Source: Nemertoderma westbladi
Lineage: Eukaryota; Animalia; Xenacoelomorpha
Reading direction: 5' to 3'
NCBI GenBank assembly: GCA_032718475.1
Contig: JAUCBJ010006342.1
Span: 1 to 50,428, forward strand
DNA length: 50,428 nucleotides
Shown here: one piece after another, positions 36,057-49,511 of the stretch
How positions within the stretch are numbered: the first letter of the stretch is position 1
Layout of the letters: every line of letters starts with the position of its first letter
Program-made: the position numbers and the translations under genes
Notes under the pieces: model-generated
Database searches by the model: none
What the model was told of the DNA's origin: nothing
What the model saw: only the letters and a program-made list of their open reading frames with translations

Positions 36057-37272
36057 AAAAAGGCTTCTCTCCTTTCTTCCTCCGTACATTGTTATGGATA
36101 TACACAAACCAATCATGTTGTGTTCGTTGGGAAGGCTCGACTTCGAACTGTTTCCCTATCAGTAACGGCGTTCGGCAGGGCTCAGTGGCATCTCCCATAT
36201 TATTTTGCATTCTATTAGATATTCTTCTGAGGAAGTTGCGGGATTCTAAAATTGGATGTTATATTGGTTCTACTTATTTGGGCGTATTGACATATGCAGA
36301 CGATTTACTTTTACTATGTCCTTCTCTAAATTGGTCTACAGTACATGGTCTCGTTGCGCGCCAAGTTCTCATCAGAATTTAACTTACAGTTTAGTACAAA
36401 CATTATACCGGAAAAGTCGAAATCAAAATGTATTTCCTTTGGTTCAATTAAAATTATTCCCAATGTTTCCATTCGCTTAAATGGTGTCAATCTACCTTGG
36501 GTCAAGGAGGCCTTACATCTCTTTAATCTACTTGACTGCGAAAACTCCTTGAAACAGGACATTGCTCGTAAAAGGGGACAATTTATAGGCAAACTAAATA
36601 AATTAAGACGGAATTCCATTTCGCGAATCCCTATAATTTGTGCAATATTCGGCGTATTTATTCTATGTGTTTTTATGGTAGTAACTTGTGGGATTTATTC
36701 TCTAGTTTATGCTCACGTATTTACACTACATGGAATATTAATGTCAGACTACTTTTTAATCTCCCGTTTAATACACATAGATACATAGTGGAAAGTGTAG
36801 TGCCATTTAAACACCCTTCTATAATGTTACAATCAAGGTTCGTCACTTTTGCTCAGAGTTTACTCAATTCGTTCAAACCTTGCATCCGTTTCTTAGGAGA
36901 ACTGACTTTTTGATTGTAGAACTCGAAGTGGTCGAAACTTTAGATCTATTGGTAACGCGTGTAATCACTTTGATTTACAAACAGTTTCAACTAAGCAAGT
37001 ATCCTATCTACGTTACACACCTGTTGTAGATTTATATAAAGTTAATTTTGTTAAATAAATTTTGGAATGCAAATTCAATAACCTAGAAGTTTCTAATTTT
37101 AATGCCGTTGATCTGGATGACATCCTGAATTTCCTGTGCACTAGTTAATATTCGATTTTATTATATTATAGTATTGTTATATTGTACTTATAATATCGTT
37201 GTTATATTCATATATTCACCATTAATATCTTATTTGTGCTTTAAATTTAATTGTCTCATGTACGACGTCAGC

Positions 37273-37345
<73 letters not shown>
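36057..37345 (+). mobile_element. 5'-truncated, degenerate non-LTR retrotransposon (clade unresolved) with a (TAA)n tail
   Basis: NGVRQGSVASPILF...GCYIGSTYLGVLTYADDLLLLCPS; FYGSNLWDL...LPFNTH C-terminal segment; (taa)n at 37273-37345. Confidence 0.85.
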
Positions 37346-37346
<1 letters not shown>

Positions 37347-38217
37347 TATTGCACTCTTGTAGCCTACGGTAGCTAAATAGTATGCACAGCATAGCAGTAT
37401 AAATACGATGCACATTCCACGATGTTAAATTGCCAACTGACTGCTTAATGCAGAGTATGGCCTACTTGTAATCGACATAATTTGCTAACATTAGGTTAAC
37501 GCACTAATGCAATGATGGCGTATGGGTTGATACATACATGTCCCCCTCCAATTGGAAAATGAATAAAATCTTCAAAAGTTATTTACGAGTGAATTTTTCA
37601 TTACAAAATTAAAACTAACGTCGGGAATAAAATACTATGTTACAACAAACTGTTAACGCCGACCGAGTGTTCGGCAGAGAAGCAGTTGAATTATTTATCG
37701 ACCAAAAATATAATAATAATAATAGATATATTTTGTACTTAAGCGCACATTGACATAATGACAAATCATCACAGTATCACGACCTAAAATAGCTAAAAGT
37801 AGTGCAATCCATACATTTTATGGCTATAACTTTAAGTTTGACCGATTGCTGTGTCCATTCTGGTTATAAATGAACGATGACCAAAGTTTTCCTTGATGTG
37901 TTATGGGTAATCTGCCAAACACTTGCACATTTTTGGAGGGAAATTTAAATGAAACAATTGACAGCAGCTTTATTATTATGTTGTGTTTTGATCTTCAGTT
38001 TTTGTACCGGTACCGTAGACTTGCTACAGCCAGACAGCACTACTACGTAAATCACCGATAATGCCAACGTATGTGTTTTCTGTTTGGTTGTTTGTTGTTA
38101 TCAGTTGAACGGTGAACCGGTACGGTATCAATCTGTCCAGTGTATCTGTAGTGCTTACCGGTAATGTTTACATCTATAATTATATTCCATGGTCCTTGAT
38201 GTAATTCCATTTCCGTA

Positions 38218-38309
38218 ATGAGGATTTTACAAAGTTCCGTTATATGCAGAAGTAATGTATTGGCGTCGAGTACTTCTCGATTCCGGGGGCTGATATTTCC
38301 GACGTGTAG
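38218..38309 (+). CDS. ACSS3: ACSS3 probable exon 1 (mitochondrial-transit-like MRILQSSVICRSNVLASSTSRFRGL...)
   Basis: ATG; Arg/Ser-rich and acid-free; donor AG|gtaagt, phase 2 matches the next exon. Confidence 0.7.
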
Positions 38310-39531
38310 GTAAGTGGCATGTTCTGTCAGGTCAGGTCAGTACGACAAGATAATTACCGAAATGCCCGTCTGTCCGTAAATGAATGATCTAGGCTAGGCC
38401 TGCTAATACATCTTTGTTCATAACACCAATATCTGAATGCGCGTTGTGCCTTTGTGTGTATCGGGCACGACAAATCGTTTGATGGTCTAACGGGCGCTGT
38501 GGTGAAAACTTACTATGTTATCATTCTGTCATTACTGACTGTGAGGTCCGCCATGAAAATGTTAGACCGAAGTTAATTTTGATTTAGTTAAAGTAGGAAT
38601 TCTGATAGTCAAAAGAGTTGATTGGCGTTTAGCGAGATGTGTTATTGTGTAAAATATGTTTATTATCTTTATAGTACTGTAGTTGCATGTGGTATTTTGC
38701 CTCAAGTATTAACTTTAGTAAACAAACATAACTGTCAAACTGTCAGAAACACGACGTTAAACTAATGTATACGAATATGAGATACAACCTTTACTGCAAT
38801 TGGACACTCGTTTTAGTTAGCCTATTATAGTGTGTTAATTATTTAGTATAAAAGCTTTGAATGTAAGTTTTTAGTTTTAGTAGTGATGAATTTGTAGTGT
38901 AATTCGTAATTTAAATATTCAAATTCGCACCCACTCCTAGCTTACCCAGGATTTGGTAAGATAGGTCGTTTTCGTAAATCGTTATTCGTTATTAGTTTTT
39001 AAGAAACTAAATCGTTATTCGTTTCAGTAAACAAATACTGTTATTCGTTATATTCCGTTTGCATCATGTGTTTATCTAGGTTTGGTAAACTGGTGCCGTT
39101 CCATGTAAAACTCCGTTGCGTTATTGATATTGATATTATTCGTTGATAATATCCGTTCCGTTAATGTCGTTGTCGTTAATCGCGTTTAATAAACTATACC
39201 ACTGAACCGCCTTGTAACGAACGTTTTGCCGCGTGGGACTACACACTGACTTTAATAGGTTGAACCGACAATTAAGATAAGATTTGATAAGAAGAATTTA
39301 AAACTGTACCAAAGATAATTTACAGATTCGATAATTTATAAAGGGAAGCATGTAAAAGTAAGATGTAAGAGTAAAGTTTTCATCGGACGTTTAGCCTGTG
39401 ATATTATATTGTGTTGGAGGTGTAAATTTTGCAACTGTTACCTGTCTGAATGTTGTATGACTCAGTATATGTATGTGGATGTTTCACCGTATAGTTTACC
39501 TCTAAAGTACCGTAGTCTTCCTTTGTCACAG

Positions 39532-39696
39532 AGCTCCGATACGGATGAATTCGGTTGGTTCCGGAAGTTATAACGATGCTTTCCGAAGATCCATTACAGA
39601 CCCATCCGAATACTGGGCCGAACAGGCCAACGGCATCCACTGGTTTAAACCATTCTCTAAAGTCCTGGACAATAGTAATCCAATCTACCCGAAATG
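39532..39696 (+). CDS. ACSS3: ACSS3 exon (YNDAFRRSITDPSEYWAEQANGIHWFKPFSKVLD...PKW)
   Basis: cag acceptor, gtgaga donor; acetyl-CoA synthetase family N-terminal motif. Confidence 0.9.
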
Positions 39697-40113
39697 GTGA
39701 GACGATGTTATTATATATATTTGATTTCTGATAATATATGAATCTAGTTTTAAAATCCTACGCGTTTTCCGCCATTTAAACAATCTCGTTTAGTTCTATA
39801 TAGCTACTCCGTCAACGGGAACACGTATAAGTCCATATGAGCCTTTGCCTAGGGGTGCAATTAGTGGACATGGACCTAGTTATTCGCCCATAGCGGCCGA
39901 AGTCTGTCTGTGTGTAGAATTTCCAAACTTTTGATAGACTACATGTGTACTATGTTTGGTTCCATTTCATCGAATATTGACAGAATTATTAGCGTTCAAA
40001 CATTTTCAACGACGACGACAGAACGTCCACTAATTATCCCGCTACGCTAAGGCTCACCTCTTAACGTGGCTCGCCGCACATAATTGGTTATTTTAACTGG
40101 CGAGTGTTTGTAG

Positions 40114-40258
40114 GTTCATCGGAGGAGAACTCAACACTTGCTACAATAGTTTGGACAGACACGTGGACTCTGGTAGGGGTTCACAAACAGCCATTATTCA
40201 CGATAGTCCCGTAACCAACTCGGTAACTAAACTTACTTATGACGAGTTACTTACACAG
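40114..40258 (+). CDS. ACSS3: ACSS3 exon (FIGGELNTCYNSLDRHV...AIIHDSPVT...TYDELLTQ)
   Basis: AG/GT sites with matching phases; conserved motif. Confidence 0.93.
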
Positions 40259-41426
40259 GTTTGTATTATTTCCAGACAAGATAAAACTATTTTAGATAAT
40301 ATAAGCTTTGAATGGATTCTCTGCTGTTGTTTTACAGTATGTTATTGGAATTTGATTAAGAATATGTCATCTCTTGTCATATAAAAATAATTCACAATTC
40401 AATTAACTTTATTCTTAAATTATTACTTTTTCGCTCGGATATATATACCTCAAAATCTTGAGATAAAAGAGTACTTTTTTCCCTACGAAAAAAACTAAAG
40501 TAAAATATTTTTGGTGTAATTTCTTAAATTTTATTAAATGTGTTGAAAGAGCTTCGACGTAGAAAAGGTCTGCAAGTAATTTAAGCAAAATCCATTCAAA
40601 CACTTATAAGTTATTACAAATTTAGTATCTGCAAGGCGAACACCAAAACGGAACTCAATATCCACTATTGGTTTATGTAGTTAAGCGGCTCTCTAGTTAC
40701 GTAATAAATATTAGAACACTAAATTATTTAACGTTGAGTAAGGCAACATTAGGAGTTGAAGAGAACGGACACAGACGGTGACTAAGTTTGATTCAGTCGA
40801 CTATAGTCAAGATGGATTAACGATTTATCACATCCATGCAGGAGATAACTTCCAATAAACTTTAATTAGATTTAAATTTATAATTAATAGAACTGTGTAC
40901 CTGTTAATAAATTTCACTTATATTCGATTTAGTACATGATTAAAATGTATAAATGAGTATCCATAAAATCCTTTCTTCACATACCGAACGCTGATAAGTT
41001 GACATAATGTAACGAAGTTACATAGGGCCTACATCATTGCTTGCAAAGGTCATTTTTAAGCGTTAAAGACCCCTGTTTATATATGTAACCCTCCCTCGCT
41101 ACGCTCGCTCGGTACATAAATAAACTCGGGTCATAACGCTGCAAAGGGCTACTTTGCACACAATGATGTTAATAGCATATTGAGCAACAAAAAAGTACCA
41201 ATCTAAGAATAAAATTGTATTGCGTACAAGTGTATTACATGGGAAAAAACGTGGAACATTTTTTTTTTCAATATTCTCTCGACCCTATATTAATCTCGCT
41301 TGGTAAATAAAATGCCTCGAGAATAGTGAAAAAACTTTCCCACGTAATAAATAATAATTATTATAATTAAATAAATTAGTATTTGTTTTTGTTTTCTTCA
41401 TATTATTATTTTATCTTCTTCATTAG

Positions 41427-41562
41427 GTGAAGTTATTTGCGGGGGTTTTAGTGAATCATGGTGTTACCAAGGGTGATCGTGTGGTTATCTACATGCCAAT
41501 GATTCCTCAAGCTGTTATAGTCATGCAGGCATGTGCTCGCATTGGTGCTATACATTCTCTAG
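41427..41562 (+). CDS. ACSS3: ACSS3 exon ([18 protein letters not shown]...[11 protein letters not shown])
   Basis: AG/GT sites; conserved motif. Confidence 0.95.
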
Positions 41563-41763
41563 GTAACTTATCAACACAAAACTCTGATCAAGTTATTTAT
41601 TATATTATAATTTTACACTTATTTTTCGAATCACTAAAAATAATTATTTGTTTTTCAACAAAATCGTATGTCAAAAAATAATCACTAAAAAAATATAAAT
41701 TTAATAAAAAAAATAACATCAATAATAACTAAAAATAATCAATCACCACTCACACTCATCTAC

Positions 41764-42292
41764 GGAGCCCGGGAAGGGACATGATAAAAATACTAACACG
41801 AGCCCTCATGTTAGCTAATACGAGCCCTCATGTTACTAACACGAGCCCTCAAGTTACTAACACGAGCCATCCTGTTACTAACACGAGCCCTCATGTTAGC
41901 TCCCACGACCATTTACGTTAATATTACAAATTTGGAGTTGTTTGATTGGTTGTAGTAACATAGGAGAACTAAATTGGAGGGAAATTAAAATTTATAAGGC
42001 ATGCTAAGGTCAAAATAATCTTTGAGAAGCGGCATTAACTGATGTTAGTAATACGAGGGCTCGTGTCACTAACACGAGGGCTCGTGTCACTAACACTAGG
42101 GCTCGTGTTACTAACACGAGGGCTCGTGTCACTAACACGAGGGCTCGTGTCACTAACACGAGGGCTCGTGTCACTAACACGAGGGCTCGTGTCACTAACA
42201 CGAGGGCTCGTGTCACTAACACGAGGGCTCGTGTTACTAACACGAGGGTTCGTGTTAGAAAAATATTTTTTTCATGTCCCTTCCCGGGCTCC
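41764..42292. mobile_element. Intronic MITE with 21-bp TIRs and inverted 21-bp subterminal repeat arrays
   Basis: ggagcccgggaagggacatga / tcatgtcccttcccgggctcc; actaacacgag arrays. Confidence 0.85.
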
Positions 42293-43187
42293 TGTGCTCA
42301 TAACTGAATAATGTCCTGTGTAATGTTGTCTGGCTGTAACAGCTAATACACGATACTCTAACCAGTTGAGGGAAGGTTGCAGGTTGCAATTGCGAACTTT
42401 TCTAACCATAACGAGAAAGGAACGGTTAGTACGGTTACATGGGGCAGGTAATATTTGCTTACTTTGAAGTATTTGGTGGGTTTGCTCCTAACCCCCCCCC
42501 CCCCCTCCCTTAAGGGGGGAGGGGGGGGGGGGGGGGGGAGTGGCTTTCAAATTTTTTTCCAATTTTTTTTTATTTTATTTCACCTAGAGCAAATTTTGAT
42601 GAAGATTCCAAATATGAAAACCGTTTAGCAAGATTTGTCTTACTTTTCGAGATATGGCTGTCTGTCTGTTTTACTGTCGGTCTCTCCGTCAGCATGTCTC
42701 CAAAACAATGGAATGGACCGACAAGCCGACAGTCAAACTGACAATTTGGGAGTCATAAAATGTTAAAACTGACACTCGAAATGGATTCTGCGACCAGGAA
42801 AGCCCCTATAGCTAAACTTATAGCTAGATGATGTGCCCTTTTCTTATATTTGAAGGACATATTGTTGGATAGTTAGAAAGACAGACAGACAGACAAACAG
42901 ACTAACTAGAGAAACTAATTAAAAGTGAAAACTGGCCGCCTCAGAAATGAAATCGAAATCAGCGACCAGGAAAATCCCCATAGTAAAAATCTTCTCAAGC
43001 ATGGTTTTGTGCTTTCTTGTTACTTTATATATAGACAAATATTCTCACATATTAACAGACAGTTTTTGCGCGGGAAGGTTCAAACTTTAAAGGCAATTAT
43101 CATTTGAAAATTATTGTGAAAAATAGCGGTATTTTTCTTGAAAAGTACGAAAATAAATTCTGGTCGAATTTTTTTACGTAATCGGCC

Positions 43188-43750
43188 ACGTAAGGGAAAG
43201 GCATGGGCAGCCTTGAATAGGCTTTCCAGGATTTGTAAGTCACAGAGAATTAATCGGAAACTTAAGGTCTGATTATTTAGAGCAGCAGTAGTTCCAGTAC
43301 TCCTCTATGGGAGTCCATGCTGGGCTCTAACTGCTGAGGACACCAAATCTCTGGATGGCACATTCACGAGAATGCTACGTCGGGTTCACTATGTCAAGTA
43401 AAATGGACACATCTCCAACCAGACACTGTATAACATTGGAGGTGTCTCAGTGGTTCCCCCAAGCTTGACACTAGAACAAAGTCGCCTCGGCTTTGCAGGA
43501 CAATGTTTTCGCCGTGAGGACCAGCCAGGGCATATTCTTGTGCTTTGGCAGCCTCTTGGAGTGAATACGCATGGTGGACAGCCCATGACTTTCTTGAGAC
43601 GCATCTTAAAGGACACTGGCCTTGAAGATGCGGATGATCTAACCAATGTTATGGGTGATAGGGAGTTGTGGCGGCGCAATTTTGTCGACAAGCCGGCACA
43701 GCATTCTTAAAAATGCAGCTGCAATGCAGCATGCCGCTCCCAGTAGTAGG
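43188..43750 (+). mobile_element. 3' fragment of the same RTE family
   Basis: Reverse complement of 25820-26368; same gcagctgcaatgcagcatgccg end. Confidence 0.92.
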
Positions 43751-43845
43751 CCACGCTGATTCCAAAAAAATGGTTACAACTTCTGAAAATAAAGAATAAC
43801 AATTTTATCTTACCTTTAAGGTTGTAATATTTGCTTACTTTGTAG

Positions 43846-44033
43846 TATTTGGTGGGTTTGCTCCAAAGGAGTTAGGATCCCGGATTAATCATGCTCAGGC
43901 TAAACTTGTAGTCACAGCGAATGTTGGATTGGAACCTTCACGAACTATTCATTACAAACCAATGGTAGACGAGGCTATTAGACTGTCAGACACTAAACCG
44001 AATGGATGCATTGTCTATCAGAGGCCCGGTCTG
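43846..44033 (+). CDS. ACSS3: ACSS3 exon (VFGGFAPKELGSRINHAQAKLVVTANVGLEP...)
   Basis: tgtag acceptor, gtaagt donor; matching phases. Confidence 0.95.
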
Positions 44034-44052
44034 GTAAGTTAGCTATAAGGAG

Positions 44053-45304
44053 GGATCTAGGACACTTCCCCCCCGGACACTTCCCCCCCGCCCAAGTAGG
44101 ACACTTCCCCCCCGGACACTTCCCCCCTGGACACTTGCCCCCCGGACACTTCCCCCCCCAGTTAAAGTGTTAAAATTAATCTGGGTGCATCAAAGCAATA
44201 AACAAAAGTTAAAGATGGTTACAGGACAAGTTGCATCTAGACAAGTTTTTTCAAAATTATAAAAGAAACATTTTTATAGTCAAATTTTGTTTGTTTTTCT
44301 TTTAATTCTTTTAATTTCTTTTAATTGGGGGCTGCCGCCCCCAAACCCCCGCTTCTTTTGTTGGGGGCTACCGCCCCAAAACCCCTGCTTCTTTTCTTGG
44401 GGGCTGCCGCCCCAAAACCCCCGCTTCTTTTCTTGGGGGCTGCCGCCCCCAAACCCCCGCTTCTTTTCTTGGGGGTTATCGCCCCCAGACCCCGGCATTT
44501 CCCTGAGTGCCCGTGGTGAAAGACTTAAGACCACTTTGAAATAATTAATTCATGTTTGTATCATCAGATAATAAATTGACTAAGCCTAAAGTAGGAGCTG
44601 TATTGAATGTTAACCAATTTAATATATAAATTACTACAATATTATATAATTCAACAAAATCCTATTAAAAATATTGCAAGTAACCAGGAAATTTAATATG
44701 TAGTGTATGTAATATCTATATAGTATGTATAGTAGTAATATATATATCAATATGTAATGCTGAACACAGAATACAGGTCGACGCATGTCGATTTTACCCT
44801 GGAGAGGTATAATTTTGATTGCAACAATAATATTCATCCCCATCTGCTACAATTTGAAGAAGACTATTACATAATAATACCTATAATTAAAACAATTAAT
44901 TATTATAATTCTATAGTTAATAAAAACAGTATATCATTCCGGGGATGGAATTTATAGGTCATCTAATTAATTGTTTAAAGATTAGCAAACAATACGATGT
45001 AATTGCATTGATAAAACCCATAAATAAAACTTGGATATAAAATGTAAAATCGGGATGCAAAAGATCACTTTCTGAGCTACGAAAGGAAAATTGGATACAA
45101 CTTATCTGGATACAAGCGGTCCGTTTACCTTACAAAATGAAAAACACGAATGTGCGAAGTTAAGAACAGTCGGGGGGGAAGTGTCCGCGGGGGGAAGTGT
45201 CTGGGGGGGGAAGTGTCCGGGGGGGAAGTGTCCTACTTGAGCGGGGGGGAACTGTCCGGGGGGGGGGGGGGGGGAAGTGTCCGGGGGGGAAGTGTCCGAA
45301 CACC
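44053..45304. mobile_element. Intronic non-autonomous TIR element (MULE/Merlin-like) with ggacacttccccc subterminal repeats
   Basis: 8-bp TSD ataaggag (44045-44052, 45305-45312); inverted repeat arrays; internal 42-bp repeat at 44320-44490. Confidence 0.85.
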
Positions 45305-45336
45305 ATAAGGAGTGAACAATTATGGTCGGATCTCAT

Positions 45337-46271
45337 GGTAGCACGAACTTAGTTCCAATTGAAACGAATTTAGTTCCAAAATAAATTTTACAAAGCGAAC
45401 TCAGTTCCAATCGAGGCGAACTTAGTTCCAATCCCAGAATATCAAAACGAACTTTGTTCCAATGCATGCGAATTTAGTTCCAATGGGAGCGAATTTAGTT
45501 CCAATGGAAGTGAATTTAGTTCCAATGGGTACGAACTTAGTTCCAATGGAAGTGAATTTAGTTCCAATGTTCCAATCGTGGGGATAGATACGTAGTAGGT
45601 GAAGCCTATTGCGTATTGCCACTATTTGGGGTGGGTCAGGGTCAACAATAATTGTAAAACCCTTCTGTCATTTTTAAAAGACGAATTATTATTAATGAAT
45701 TAAATGTATAATTACACATTTTGAAATATATATTAATCACGAGTATACTGATACTGACTGACTAAGTCTGTATAATATACTTAAGTCATACACATTGTGC
45801 CATTTTCTCACCAAATACAATATTTACCAGTTGTTTCGGTTTAAGTGGATGGGCGTTGTTTGGGTTAGGAGAATGGGCGTAGTTTGGGTTAAGAGCTTGG
45901 GCGTTGTTTTTTACAATGAATATCATTTTAAATGATTAAATATAAATGAATTTAATTCAATTGTTTGTGTTAAGAGGTTGGGCGTTGTTTGGGATAAGAT
46001 TGTTTTGGTTAGGAGGTTGGGCGTTTTCGGTTAGTTATTTACAATTATTATTTAACCATCCACCTAATAGTGCCATTAAACAGATTCTTCACCAACTACT
46101 TGGCTCGCCCCATACCTGAAACATTGGAACTAAATTCGCTTTCGTTTTTCTCTAGTTATTGGAACTAAGTTCGCCTAAATTAGAACTAAATTCGCCAAAA
46201 TTGGAACTAAATTCGTTTCCATTGGAACTAAATTCGCATGAGGCTTAAATTGGAACTAAGTACGGGGAATC
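45337..46271. mobile_element. Intronic non-autonomous TIR element with gaatttagttccaat subterminal repeats
   Basis: 8-bp TSD gatctcat (45329-45336, 46272-46279); inverted repeat arrays. Confidence 0.8.
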
Positions 46272-47254
46272 GATCTCATTGGCAAAACCTGCCCCTCGCC
46301 CCTCCCCGCAATTCCGCCACTAAAGTGCCGCTTAAAGAGATTGTTGATAGAGATAATTTTAGCTGAGGATTTATTAGTAGTCAGTTAGTAGTCTATATTT
46401 TCGCATTCAAAGATAAAACGTTTTGCCAATTATTTGACAATTAGTCAATATGCACGTGTTTTTGGAAAACCATGTTTATTTGGAATACATTTTATTTCAA
46501 ATTTTTCTCCGCGAAAATGTTAAATTGTTAAATCAAATTGTTGAAATATTTGTTTTGGAAACATAAAATTATAGGCCTAAATGGGGATAAAATATGTGAA
46601 AAATGCATTTGCACAAGGATTCCAAATATGTAACAATATCTGAATTTCGTTTAGAAACGTTCAAAGAGAAGTAGCGGGCGTAGAAAAGTAGAAGGCATTC
46701 AAAGATTGCAAGAATTATCGCTCGATTGGGGCCGTTATTATTCTATTTAATAAATACACAACATCGTCTGGCCACGATACGGAGGGTGCGATTTCGCAAA
46801 AGACACTTTTTTTAAAACGCTTATAAAAAAATTTAAAGGCAAAATCCAAAATTCCGTCTTCATCGTAACATCGACTGTGAGTTGAACTAGTTTTGGTGTT
46901 GAGCCCTCCTTCCGAGTTTTGGTGTTGAGCCTTCCTTTCGAGTTTTGGTGTTGAGCCTTCCTTTCGAGTTTTCCTGCTTAGTGGTTGAAGATGTTCGGTG
47001 TCTTGGCCTTGTTGTCGTAAATATGGGTGAAGTATAGGCCTACTTTTCCGGAAATTTTTGGGAATTTCCTTGAAAAACCGATTTCCGGAATTCTCACATC
47101 CAGCTAAGGATAACACATTCTCGTATTCGTATACAGTATCTTAATTGCCTTAACTCGGCCAGTAAACTGACTCTTTCGTTTTTGTGTTTATTACACGTAT
47201 ATGGCGCGATATAATATTTAATATAGTTATTAATTAATTGTTTTATTCGTTTAG

Positions 47255-47384
47255 GAAGCAGCGAATTTGAATCGCGGATTCGATTTTGACTGGAGCGAAG
47301 AAATGTCTTTGAGTCGCGGTCACGATTGCGTTCCAGTTGATTCCAGCCATCCCTTATATATCCTGTACACCTCCGGTACTACAG
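47255..47384 (+). CDS. ACSS3: ACSS3 exon ending in the AMP-binding P-loop (HDCVPVDSSHPLYILYTSGTTG)
   Basis: ttag acceptor, CAG|gtaacc donor; adenylate-forming enzyme signature. Confidence 0.95.
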
Positions 47385-49003
47385 GTAACCTTTCCTTATA
47401 TCCTGTACACATCCGGTACTACAGGTAACCTTCCCTTATATATCCTGTACACATCCGGTACTACAGGTAACCTTCCCTTATATATCCTGTACACCTCCGG
47501 TACTACAGGTAACCTTCCCTTATATCCTGTACACCTCCGGTACTACAGGTAACCTTCCCTTATATCCTGTACACATCCGGTACTACAGGTAACCTTCCCT
47601 TATATCCTGTACACATCCGGTACTACAGGTAACCTTCCCTTATATATCCTGTACACCTCCGGTACTACAGGTAACCTTCCCTTATATCCTGTACACATCC
47701 GGTACTACAGGTAACCTTCCCTTATATCCTGTACACATCCGGTACTACAGGTAACCTTCCCTTATATCCTGTACACATCCGGTACTACAGGTAACCTTCC
47801 CTTATATCCTGTACACCTCCGGTACTACAGGTAACCTTCCCTTATATCCTGTACACATCCGGTACTACAGGTAACCTTCCCTTATATCCTGTACACATCC
47901 GGTACTACAGGTAACCTTCCCTTATATATCCTGTACACCTCCGGTACTACAGGTAACCTTCCCTTATATCCTGTACACATCCGGTACTACAGGTAACCTT
48001 CCCTTATATCCTGTACACATCCGGTACTACAGGTAACCTTCCCTTATATCCTGTACACATCCGGTACTACAGGTAACCTTCCCTTATATCCTGTACACAT
48101 CCGGTACTACAGGTAACCTTCCCTTATATCCTGTACACATCCGGTACTACAGGTAACCTTCCCTTATATCCTGTACACATCCGGTACTACAGGTAACCTT
48201 CCCTTATATCCTGTACACATCCGGTACTACAGGTAACCTTCCCTTATATATCCTGTACACCTCCGGTACTACAGGTAACCTTCCCTTATATATCCTGTAC
48301 ACCTCCGGTACTACAGGTAACCTTCCCTTATATATCCTGTACACCTCCGGTACTACAGGTAACCTTCCCTTATATATCCTGTACACCTCCGGTACTACAG
48401 GTAACCTTCCCTTATATATCCTGTACACCTCCGGTACTACAGGTAACCTTCCCTTATATATCCTGTACACCTCCGGTACTACAGGTAACCTTCCCTTATA
48501 TATCCTGTACACCTCCGGTACTACAGGTAACCTTCCCTTATATATCCTGTACACCTCCGGTACTACAGGTAACCTTCCCTTATATATCCTGTACACCTCC
48601 GGTACTACAGGTAACCTTCCCTTATATATCCTGTACACCTCCGGTACTACAGGTAACCTTCCCTTATATATCATGTACACCTCCGGTACTACAGGTAACC
48701 TTCCCTTATATATCCTGTACACCTCCGGTACTACAGGTAACCTTCCCTTATATATCATGTACACCTCCGGTACTACAGGTAACCTTCCCTTATATATCCT
48801 GTACACCTCCGGTACTACAGGTAACATTCCCTTATATATCCTGTACACCTCCGGTACTACAGGTAACCTCCCCGTATCCTGTACACCTCCGATACTACAG
48901 GTAGCCTTCCCTTATATATCCTGTACACCTCCGGTACTACAGGTAACCTTCCCTTATATATCCTGTACACCTCCGGTACTACAGGTAACCTTCCCTTATA
49001 TAT
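47351..49003 (+). repeat. 40/42-bp minisatellite (about 40 units) made from the exon end + 5' splice site
   Basis: ccctta(ta)tatcctgtacacctccggtactacag|gtaacctt repeated. Confidence 0.98.
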
Positions 49004-49323
49004 CCAAGTCAAAAGTTCGACAGGTATTTGCCCGTAACTTTAAAAAATATGGGAACTTTATCTCTAGTATTCCTTTGAAAATGAATAAAATCTTCAAAAG
49101 TTATTTACGAATGAATTTTTCATTACGGACGGACGGACAAAGTAATACAATCTCATTTATATCTTTTTTTGGGGGGGGGGGGGGGGGGGGGTGGGTGGTG
49201 TTCCAGGCCACCGAACTAAAGCATTATAACCCAGGAGATGATGTATTGCGTGTGATATTAAAATGATTAAATATTGAATTATAATTATTTCCCAAAAGAA
49301 TATTTCAACGATTAACACTTTAG

Positions 49324-49511
49324 GGAATCCCAAGGGTGTAGTGAGACGGGTAGGTGGCCATTCGGTGGTCCTTCCCTGGAGTCTGTCTACGGTCTATGGT
49401 GTCCAACCTGGGGAGGTGTGGTGGGCCGCTGCTGACCTAGGATGGGAGGTTGGCCACGCCTACACAACCTACGGACCATTACTTCACGGGCTGACCGCCT
49501 TATTATACGAG
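49324..49511 (+). CDS. ACSS3: ACSS3 exon (NPKGVVRRVGGH...VWWAAADLGWEVGHAYTTYGPLLHG...LYE); gene incomplete in window
   Basis: ttag acceptor, gtaatc donor; completes TSGTTG-NPKG. Confidence 0.95.

Noticed and set aside
42010-42311. Small repetitive ORFs here and at 44280-44544 and 45422-45622
   Set aside because: Translations of MITE internal or subterminal repeats.
48204-48848. 214-aa minus-strand ORF (YRIYKGRLPVVPEV)n
   Set aside because: Antisense translation of the 42-bp splice-donor satellite.
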